DNA of 64,000 bases from Antedon mediterranea (Eukaryota; Animalia; Echinodermata), in NCBI RefSeq assembly GCF_964355755.1, contig NC_092676.1, forward strand, positions 16,820,871 through 16,884,870, read 5' to 3'. The position numbers and the translations under genes are program-made. This document shows, piece by piece, positions 37,801-49,800 of this stretch. The notes under the pieces were generated by a model. It made no database searches. It was given only the letters and a program-made list of their open reading frames with translations, and was not told where the DNA came from. Positions within the stretch are counted from its first letter, which is position 1; the number at the start of each line of letters is the position of its first letter.

Positions 37801-40800
37801 TGAACATTTTCATTTCATATCGATATTGGAGGTGTCGTCACCCAGTGATATTTTCTGCCGTGTACCTGATGGGTACTTACGTGTTGTTTGAGGTTCTTGT
37901 TCAGTGGTTTCCATCATTGGTGTATCTACCACATCACTTTGGTGTGTAGTATGCCTGTCTGTATCTATTATATAAAAATGAATGTTTTGAATGAATAGAA
38001 AACCTAAACAATTTCAAAAAATGCATGTTGAAACTGGAGGTATTGTCGACCAAGTGACATTTTCTGTTCTATATATTTGTTTAAAGAAGCAACGACCTCT
38101 ATATTGTCTATTATGTTTTAATACGTATTATATATACAGGGTATTCATGAACACATTCAGAGTGACAGAGGGCTTGTTGTTTAACATTTCAGCTCTATAT
38201 TGACGATACAAGTACTCGACACTTTGATACAATAAGCGTTTGTGAAGTCACCAATTATTATCAAGTTTCTGTAACGCCCAAAAACATAGGACGGTAACTT
38301 AAAAACTGTGGTCGAAATTGTGTTAAACAAACAAAGCAAGTACTAGGCCTAACACTTGGCAACATATTTGGCCAAGTAATAGAAAGAGACCAGTGGTTAG
38401 TACACATCCAACTGTGTACTATTAATATTATGCTGAACTTTATAGCTTTTTAAGAAACCACATTTTACAAAAAACCAGTAAAGAACGTAGAGAAGGTTTC
38501 CTCAACCAAGGCTATCTAATAACAAGATGCTGAGCTCAGGAGATGCGACACCGCGCGCCACGGAGAATATGTACAGTACTGTCGGCATTTGTCACGCGTT
38601 TCTGTCTTGTCAAGGCGAGCTAAGTGTCCTGTTGTTAGATTGCCCTGCTCCAACTCAAGATTTGAACAAAACAGTCGACCATACAACTGATTGTCATTGC
38701 AGGATCATATATGTGGCATCGTTGCCCAGTGAAACTTGCAGCTTCGTGTTTTGTGGAAAACAACCTTTATTTTATTTTTATTTAAAGCGTAAAATTCTCA
38801 TAGATTATGTGTTTATACCGCTAAGTGAATGATTTGTACATATCACACGAGGTTGTAGTTTTTCGACTGTGTAGACCTATATTATTAATAATTTGTCGGA
38901 ATTATAGCTGCTTTTTTAGAAATGTAATTTTCTACTCAACTGCGTATGTATTAGGTTTATTATAATGCAATTATAATTTTATTTCAGGTAGACATGGATG
39001 ATAATACGTACGAGTTGTCTGATGTTCTGCTTGAGTGGTTTCCAATGGCGTACCTGTAAAGAACAGGAACATGCTTAGAAATCCAAATCAGCTCTGAATA
39101 AACGCTATAACATATTTTGTCTAACTTATTAGTTTCCAAATTCTTTTTTAACTAAAGAAAATGGTCGACTAAGAATGAAATTAATAAATGCCATGCCACT
39201 CTTTATTGGTTCTAGCAATTTACCGTTATGTTTACGTAACATCATTTATTGCATCAAAGGAAAGTTTACTCAAATCGGAAATGAATTTTAATGTTCTAAA
39301 ACACTACGTATTTATAGGTTTATCATTTCATAATGCAATTATAATTTTATTTAGGGTAGACATGGATGATAATACGTACGAGTTGTCTGTTGTTCTGCTT
39401 GAGTGGTTTCCAATGGCGTACCTGTGAAGAACATGAAAATGCTTAGAAATTCAAATCAGCTCTGAATAAATGCTATAAAATATTTTTTCTCAACTCATTT
39501 CTTTCAAAATACTTTTTTAACTGAAAAAACGGTCGACTAAGAATGAAATTAACAAATGCCACTCTTTATTGGTTCTAGTAATTTACCGTTATGTTTACGT
39601 AACATCATTTATTGCATCAAAGGAAAGTTTACTCAAATCTGAAATAGATTTTAATGTTCTAAAACATATTTATTAGGTTTATCATTTCATAATGCAATTA
39701 TAATTTTATTTAGGATAGACATGGATTAATGTTAATACGTACGAGTTGTCTGTTGTTCTGCTTGAGTGGTTTCCAATGGCGTACCTGTGAACAACATGAA
39801 AATGCTTAGAAATTCAAATCAGCTCTGAATAAACGCTATAAGATATTTTTTATAACTTATTAGTTTTTAAACTCTTTTTTTACTGAAGAAAATGGTCGAC
39901 TAAGACTGAAATTAATAAATGCCACTTTTTAGTGGTTCTAGTAATTTAGCGTTATGTTTACATAACATCATTTATTGCATCAAAGTTTACTCAAATCTGA
40001 AATGGATTTTAATGTTCTAAAACACTACGTGTATTAGGTTTATTATAATGCATTTATAATTTTATTTAGGATAGACATGGAATAATGTTAATACGTACGA
40101 GTTGTCTGTTGTTCTGTTTGAGTGGTTTCCAATGACGTACCTGTGAACAACATGAAAATGCTTAGAAATTCAAATCAGCCCTGAATAAATGCTATAAAAT
40201 TTTTTTTGTCAACTTATTTGTTTCCAAATTCTTTTTTAACTGAAAAAAACGGTCGACTAAGAATGAAATTAATAAATGCCACTCTTTATTGGTTCTAGCA
40301 ATTTACCGTTATGTTTACGTAACATCATTTATTGCATCAAAGGAAAGTTTACTCAAATCGGAAATAGATTTTAATGTTCTAAAACATATTTATTAGGTTT
40401 ATTATTTTATAATGCAATTATAATTTATTTAGGATAGACATGGATTAATGTTAATACGTACGAGTTTGTTGTTCTGTAGTTTCCAACATCGGCGTTGTAG
40501 TTGGAGGTTCTAGAAAATATAACAATTTGAAAATTGTTAGAAATTGCAATGACATGATTTAAAAAGAACTAGAACTAGAATTATAATAACTACAAAACTG
40601 TTCTCTAACAATCTTTCAAACGGTTGAAATATCACTTTTTAACAAACCAAGCGAATTTAGTTACTTACCTTCACAGTCTGAGTCAAATGCCAATTCATAC
40701 GCAATTGCCGCTGAAAACAACAATTTAAAAGTTTAATCAGTAATATAGAGGGTCTATAAAGGCCTCGACCCCTGTTTTAAATCAAAAGGACTTATCGTAA

Positions 40801-43800
40801 GGGTATAAGACCATACACAGCCCATTACATTACCATGGAATGGCACAAAATGACTATGAACAGACAGTTATTACCAATACCATTGTTAACTTGATCACTT
40901 TTTATATACGTAGCAAATGCGGAACAGTAAGTACATTAGTATACCTTCTTTACTTGGGCCTTTTACAAATGCTACTCGCAAGTAGCATCCTGTTCCTAAA
41001 CAACCTTTGACATGAAGTTTGACAAAATCTGCACGTAGTTGATGTAGAAACATGCTAAGTACACATTGGTATCTCGATGCTCTACTGACTTGAAATCTCT
41101 GTAAATGTATTATTAGCATTATCATTGTCATTATTTTGACACTAAGATACGTCTGAAGCAATAACACACATACATCATATAACTGGCTTATAATTGTTTT
41201 TATTTATAAAAATGACCACTCGAAACGTGTATGCCGCACATACACAGAGAAGAAGTTAAACATGATTAACGGATTAAGATAGGGCTAATATGATTCTGAA
41301 CTAAACATCACATGGATGTTCAGAGAAAAATAGCCTGATAGAATATAAATACTGAGCAAGTGGGTGTAGGCGGGAGGGTAGATTGAACTTCTTACTGGCA
41401 AAAAATGTAGAGGTGTTAAACTCGTGGAGACCAAATTCAAGTGCTTGAAATTACGCCGTCTCTAGTTTGAAAATAGATTTGTGTTCGACTCAATTCTTAT
41501 TTAAATTGTTTCCCGACGGTAACTGGCTGAGTTGCTTGCTGTCGAATGGGTATGAAATAAAATAATTCTCTAATTTAAACCAACCAGAAGTAGGTCTAGT
41601 TAGAACATGGTTTAAAATATAACCCGTTGTGATTACAGACATTCATATATATCTTCATAAAAATTATAAAGTCGCTCTCACGACGCCAGTCAAGAAGCCG
41701 ATTTCCATGTATATTATTCTTACCTGCAAACCATCTTTGTCAAATGCAAATTCAGAATCATTGGTATCAAAGTTATAATAATTGCTAAATTCTAGCTCAA
41801 ACTCGGAGACCCATCCATCGCGTTCAGCATTCCTTGTTCCATCACCCAGTGTCACAATGCCAAAGATAGTTGTTCGTCGACGAAGGTCAAATGAAATCCA
41901 AGGGTCATCGTCATTTGGATTCGGGTGCCATGATGAGTGACTATTAACATGTGCTTTTTTTGGTGGACTATTATCAACCTGAGATGACGCTCTGAAAAAA
42001 CGGTCTCTATATATAGTTGAGTTGTGAAGCCCTACGTATCCACAAACTTCATCGGCAGTTACATCTGGAATTTAAATATAAAATGCAATTTCCAGATGTA
42101 AACGCATTATTGTTGTGTTTTTCTTAATATAAAGTATCTGCATTATCGTAAGTTCTACAATCAACATATATTATTGATTATTACGGAACCTGAAGACTTA
42201 AGACAGTGATTGTGTGTAATAATAAACACCTGCTTAACCCCTACCTAAGAATCTATATGGATCAGAAAAAAACAAAAATGCAGTACGATGAAAAGAAATG
42301 ACATGATCAGCTCATTTTACTTGAAAAGCCGAAGAACTTCTGCAAATCGCAGACTAAATGTTACGAATAGGGGGCGCTGTTCTACACCTAAGCAATGGAC
42401 TCCTAGCAACCACTAACATCTAGTCATTGCCAGAAGGAGACTGTTGGAACGTCGCACACATAGGTATTCATGGTTTAAATTAAAGAATTATACACAGATA
42501 AAAAAAAACAGATGAAAACATTTTACAATACAATTATTCCTGTAAAAAACAATAAGTACAGAAGAATGTTGGTGAAAACCAATAATTGGCCTTGTAGACC
42601 TACGATGTCATATAGGCCTATTTAGTGAACATTGAGTTGTAAATATATACTTATGTACCATTAGCGGAGCGAAGTCTAAGTATTTCCATCCTTAAGTAAG
42701 GTCCTGTACCATGATGTCCTGCAACATGAAGTTTCACATGTTGAGCAAGTACGCCTTGCTGGAACATATTCGTTGTGCGGTCATATCGTGAAGTTGCGTC
42801 AGACCTAAATATGTGCTGATTGAAAAAAATAAGACCGAGTTAGTATGACAGTCTACACCTAATCTCTCGCTTTTAATTATTTAGTGATATGCTCACCTAA
42901 CTAAGCTTAATTTCCAGGTAAACGTAATACAGTTATGTGGTTTGTGTATAGATTTCTTTTACGTTTACGGATCCGTTCTATCTTTGGTTTTTCAAGAGTG
43001 CATAATTATATATTATATATGCTTTTCATTTATTTATTTATTTCATTTAGTTCATTTAGTTCATTTACACGGACTAAACATACACCATACTTCTAGACAA
43101 TATCATTGTTACTTTATATACAGTTAAAGCCTGTTTTCCTGTCGACGTTATTCGACGCTATCGTTAACAAAAATCGGCGATCTTCAACGTAAACATTAAC
43201 ATTTTAAAGATTTACAGGAAAAGGGACTTTTTAAACTAACGATGACGATACAAAATGTCAGCGATTTACAGGAAAAGGTGTAATAATCGACGGTAATTGA
43301 CGCTACAAGTCGCGATCGTTGACAATCGCAAGAGTTTTTGAATCCAGTTCAAAAGCGATATCGCAACGCTAAAACGTAAGAACTGACCAATCATCATGGC
43401 GATACAGCACATGACGTTACATAATTGATGGCAAATTCTGCTTACTACATTTATTTTTGTTGCATCGCGGAGCAAGGCCTAGCCTTACCAAAGTTACTAT
43501 AAAATTTTACTTTTCCTGTAAATCGTTAACATTCCAATGTTTACGTAGAAAATCACCGATTATTGTTAACGATAGCGTCGACTAACGTCGACAGGAAAAC
43601 AGCTTTTCATCTGGAATATATTAACTCGCGTAATGTAGCATATAACATGGAAATAGTTTATTTCGATCTTGATTGTGTTTGGTTTTAAACATTAAATGGC
43701 TAGCCTAGAGAGAGCCGGCATAGCTAGGCCTAGCCCTATGCCTAGTAGAATTAATAAACCTTTTTTAAACTTTTGTTGTAACAATATTTATACCTAGCGT

Positions 43801-46800
43801 GAGCCTAGGGTGCTATGAAAAGTGTTTTTAAATGTTTTTTTTTATCATTTGTGTAAATCTTTTGCCGGCAACACATTTTTGGGTCTAAAAAAAAAAAAAC
43901 TTTTCCTACCAACCTACCCATTTTTGGGATTTACCCAAAACGTGGCCAACACAATAATTAGATTTTTTTTGGCCTAATGATATTTAAGTTAGTCATAATT
44001 ATTTGTTATCTAATCAGCAGACACTACCAAAATAAGATTTAAATTGTTTACTTGTTTTTTCACATTTTTAAGAGCATACTTAAATCCATTAGTTCATGAA
44101 ATAGTATTGGCAATGTTATATAATTTAACTTAAAGATGTATTGTCTCTTGAAACACACAAAAAAAATATTCTAAATTTAAATTGGCCATATCAAAGTAAT
44201 ATTAAAGTTATTCACTTCAAGTCGAAAATTCCAGCCAAAAACAACAAGTTTACGAAATAACAGGTAAATTAAATTGATTACATTTCATCTGGAAAATCGT
44301 CGCGAGCGAAAGTAAACAAAGATTTCAAACCACGAGTATGCATTATGCATGATGCTAAGATTGTTTACAACTCGTCACGGTTCAGAAGATATTTTAACAC
44401 AGTTCGGGGGAAGTTTTATGATTATGCATACAGAGTAGCCAAACAAGCGCGTTGCATTATGGGATATGTTTTGATCGAAAACTTTGACTGGATATTTTTG
44501 GTGAAAGTTAATAGGGAGGTTTCGCAACGCTACGAATACGATAACGAAACGGATACGTCACGCACACGTATTCGTTTTCGTAAGCCAGTAAAAATCTGTT
44601 TCGAATGGCAACGAAATATTGAAGGCGCTGTCCAAAATATGACTGCGGTAAATTTGAACGAAGCGCATGTTCTTGGCTGCCTAGGCCTAGCGTAACATCA
44701 AAGCGAGTGAGGACTTTAAAAATTGTTATTTATCAAAATTTACCTGGCATTTTAGTAAATTACTTTTAGTAAATTACTTTCAATAAATCTATAATTATAT
44801 TATCATCATGAATAATTCCTGGATTAATGCAAAATGTGCAAAAAATAGAACAAAAATCATACTCGTTTTGTAGTTACGAATATGACTGATGATATTCGTC
44901 AACACGAAAACGCTTTACGAATATGAAATGGGGATCAACTCAAAAGTTTCACAAATGTGTGACGTATCCGTTTTTGTTATCGTATTCGTGAGGTTGCGAA
45001 ACCTCCCTAGTAACTATTATGATACTTTAAAAAGACCCACTATTTTTCGAAATCTTTTTTTTTTTATTTATTTATTTTATTTTTTTGGGAATTAGTCAAA
45101 GGGACAATACATCTTTAATGTATACATTTAATTGAATTTTTAAAGAATTATACAGTTTTTGGTGTAAAAATATTTATTAATTTTACCATTTCAAGTAAGT
45201 GCTTAAAAGAAACATGAGTATGTATTTAACAAAGCATATGTGGACATATTTTTTTTTTATGTATTGTCACAATAATCACTATCCTACCAACAAATATTTC
45301 ATTGTTATGTATCGTATTTTGTGAATGTGTGATACTTAGAAAGTATATACTTTTACATTCACAAACATTAATTTTTATTGTTGTTTTTAAAATAACACTG
45401 ACATTCAATCATGATTTTCTCAAAACTGTTATTTGTATTCATTTACTTGTATGTATATAAGTATACATGCTTCGACATAACTTACGATATCCAAAGATCA
45501 AACATTAAGTTTGGTATCATTGTAAAAGATATTAAATCTTCTACGAGATAGAATATAAATCTGAAAAATTTTAATGTTCGACTTAACTTATGTTTCACTT
45601 TGCCAGAGCAGGTCACATTTAACGTTTAAGCAGAATACACACACACACACACACACACCAGCGAAGAGTGAAATTACATTCTGTCCTGTACAGTGGGAAA
45701 GCCACTTCGCGTTTTGACCGTTAAATCGTGTAAAATCGACTTACTTCCGCATTGACGATTTTGAAGCGCCACCTATCGTTGAAAACTGAAACCACGATTT
45801 TTCGTCGCCAAGCAAATAAGTGCTGTTTTATTTTAAGCTCTCATGAATATTTAAGAACCGCCCAACATTACCTATTATGGTAAAAGCATTTCCTAATAAG
45901 TATAATTGAATAACCAACAATCGGTTTCCTTCAAAGAAACCGAAGCTAATACAATACATTCGGCGACTGAAGTCGGGACTCGTGAAATTTATAAATGTGG
46001 TACGATTTGACTACTGTTTTGTTGTCCATTTTCTGAATAGTCGGAGGTGCATCCCAACAAATTAAAAAAATTATAATCAATTGTTTTATCAAGAATAATA
46101 TTAGTTTAATCGAGTATGATATATTTCTATCCTGTTCAAAATGTGTTGGTGTATTCTCAGGCCTCGAAAGGTAGGTACATTTTCTAGCTGTGAGCGTGGT
46201 TTCGGCAACGCGAGACACGTGTGTCAGTATAGGCGATAGCGAGACGTGTGTTGTACTGTGTTGATGCTGATCCGATAGTCGTTAAGTTGTACTGGTTACG
46301 AGTATCATTGGTCCTGGCCGGCCTAGCCTGGTGATCTGATCCCCCCCCCCCCCCCCAAAAAATACTTTTTTTCAATCAGTATTAATTTTATTTTTCATTT
46401 ATTATTTGATTTAATAGGCTCAATAGATGCCTAGCTAGGCTACTAGTTAGTAGGCCTAGATTATATAAATAATAATAGTAAATACTTTAATATTAATTAA
46501 TAAAATACAGCTTCCATTTGCCTTACTTTTAATGTCATATAATATTATAATTATATATACAACCAGACATTAAAATTTTTTTTAAATAATATTTATTATT
46601 TTTTCTGACACTTTCAGGAAGCGTTGATGATGCAGAGTTCTTTGTCTTTGTGACTTCAAACTGAGAGTGAAGTGGATAAAAAGATGACACCGGTACCTAC
46701 CGACATTGTCATATACCCAAACTATAATTTAATTATTTAAAACAAAATGTTGAATTACAAATATGTATGTTGCAGAGGATTTAGATGAATTACAATACAA

Positions 46801-49800
46801 ATATTTATGTTGAATGCAAACCTACTACTATACTCTGTAAATTATGTTATTGTCATGTGGTAGACCTTAAAAATTGAATATTTATTGTATGTTAGGCCTA
46901 GGCTATTTTATATTTTATTAATACTGTATTAATAATAATACTATTAATTTATATTATACAGTACTAGTTTGTACATGTTTTTACCCAAAAAAAATGAATA
47001 AATAATTTGTTATTCAATCTAATTGCTTGTTTGTTCATCAATAACAAAACAATTGTAAGCAAGTATATAACAGTTCTTGTTAGCCGCTTATTTCAGGTCA
47101 TATTATTAATATTAGCTAGGCCCGACGCGCCCGATCACAACGTCACTAAGTGACTTTCCGCCCCTGGAACAATCGCTCGCTAATAGGGCTAGGCCTCGGA
47201 CTCGTATAAAAGCTATTATAATAGTTATGATAAATATTCCTCAACTAAAATGTATACTGTGATAAATAAACAAGTAAATAATATACGTTGTATTGGAATG
47301 TATTTATTTATATGAATTCTTATACGCGGACAATTATAAACACCGCGTATATCGTTCGCTATAAATAAATTCATAAACACGATGACGATGTGTTTACAAA
47401 ATGGCGGTTTCACTAGTTTTCGATGGAACAAATAGTGGTACCTTTAGTTTGAATAGTCGGAGCTGCATTCCAACCACCGAATTTTGTATCTTAATATCGT
47501 ATTCTGTAGATTATTAATTTTTCTAACAGGGATTTTAAATTCAGGACTGTTCAATTTTTCTAAATATTTTATTTTAACGATTTTCTAGGGTACAATTTCG
47601 GAAAAAAGACATTGGTTGATTTTGCCGTTAAATTACAGATTATCGTTTTGTTCAAATACATTTAATTTTACATGACAATATATTAAAACCATTTATGAAT
47701 TTATTTCACTAACAATATTTTTCCGATAATCAGCTAAATTTACAAATATTGTGTTTTTCCAACACCCTAAAATTTAGCAATTTTGAACTAAATTAGAAAA
47801 GTAGGGCGCCCTCTCCGAGTCGAAATTTGACACGATTTGTCGACTGGCTGTCCCACTGTGTACATATCTATGGCCATAGGCCTACAGTATAATAAAGAGA
47901 CTGTAGGGCCATTATACTGTTATGTACATCTATTCAATACAGAGTACCAAACATAGTAGTACTGATGTATTATATGTTATTGTAATATTGATGGCATAAA
48001 GATACACATGGGATTTTTTTCTGAGGTTTTTCATGAATAATAACTCATTATTTGTTGCATCAATTGCCTATAGGAAAATGCGCTCTGGTGTAAAAGAGGT
48101 ATAGTTCGACAAACTACGATCACTTACCTCTGCGGTGTCAGCATTAACCGCAAAAACAGAAGGAGTAAAATGTTCGTTTTCGCTTAATTCCAATCTGAAT
48201 TCCGTAATCCATCCATCATGTGCTATATCAATTCCTCCATCACCCTGTGTTATGATTCCAATGATTGTTTCAATTTTTCCGATGTCTACACTAATCCAAG
48301 GCAAGTTGTCTGTAGAATCATGGCACCACGATCCAAAATTGTTCAACATGGCTTTCTGAGCCTTGAATGATGGAGAACGCGAAGAGGCATCGAAAGCAGA
48401 CGATGGTATCTTAAATCTCCCCTCCAATCCAACTTGCATAGTTTGGTTAATAAAGTAACCTACAATTTAAAAAGATTTTATCGACACATCTGTATGTTAC
48501 ATTTGTAGTAAAAGTCTACAAACAAAACATTCAACAATCAGATTTTTATATTATATTATTTGAATTATACCATTTTCCTATAAAACATCGTGAATAATGT
48601 CAACTAGATAGAAATTACACGGGAGAGATCCCATTTGTATCAAGCATGCAGTAACGGAGTTATGCAATTGTGGAGGGTAACCTTCTGTCCTTAAACAGCA
48701 CCAGTGTCGTGTTTTTTAACTCAGAGGGACTTTTTTTATTGACACCAATAAAAATACTGATGTATTACAAACCCGAAGGCGACATGGAAGGTGTTTGTGT
48801 CAAAACGTGTAACTAACAAAAATTCAATCTAGAGGAATCAGAGGATGCGTGTATAATAACCGGGGTACTAATATAAGTAATTCTCTCTTTAAAAAAGGGG
48901 GTTTTTAGATTTGACTTGTGCATATAAATGTAAAATGTAAATAACGAGAATTGTATCACCGTCATATGAAGACAGTTAAAAAACAAATGCTTTGATTCGT
49001 TAACAGATTGACTTTCGTATACAGTATTAAACAATAGTTAAAATTATGGCAATTGGACAAAAATTTTCAGAATTATAAAAAATCAGAATTAGTATATTTC
49101 ATATAGGCCTAAAATCCTACCTGAAACTTCTTCATCCGTGACTATTCCTGATTGACTACCTGAACCAGTAGTTATACCTGATGATACGTCTTCAACCGTA
49201 ACTATTCCTGATTCTTCACCTGGCTGAATACCTGAATCAGTAGTCCTACTTAATAACCCAACATCTGTAACGGTTCCTGCGTAAAATTTAACTAGTGAAA
49301 CATTATTTGAACTTAACTCCAAATTATATAACGATAAATAATACCGTAATTTATCAAATATGATTGGTAAATTATGATTGCAAACTTACTTTGAACGCAC
49401 GTGTAATCAACTTCTGTATATTTGTAAGTGTCAGGACAAGGGTCGCTAACTGTTGACAGTTTCCTTATTTCACAATGCGGTTGGCCGTTGCAGATTTCAA
49501 TAAAATATGCCGTCAAATCAATTCCGCAGTTATTGTTGTGTATAGAAGGGTGAGGGCAAAAACCTGAGTTATAACGTCCATAACGTACAGATTTAACGTT
49601 AATATATCCATCTTCATTGCATTGCGGATTTCCAGTATCCGGCTCACATACTATAAGCTTAGCAACTATAATTTGAGAAAAATAAAGATAATTATGTGAA
49701 AATGTAGGCGTACATCCTATTCCCTGAAGTCTTGTCTATTTACCATTCATTCGATTTTTTGTAAACCTTAACAGCTGGATGGACACAGACTAGGTGGCTC

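Noticed and set aside
38935-40470. CRISPR-like or regularly spaced repeat array
   Set aside because: Whole ~360-bp units are duplicated with no unique spacers, there are no cas genes, and the context is a eukaryotic intron/exon region.
44345-44695. 116-aa ORF as a possible transposase
   Set aside because: It spans the junction of two nested MITEs and has no DDE or other motif.
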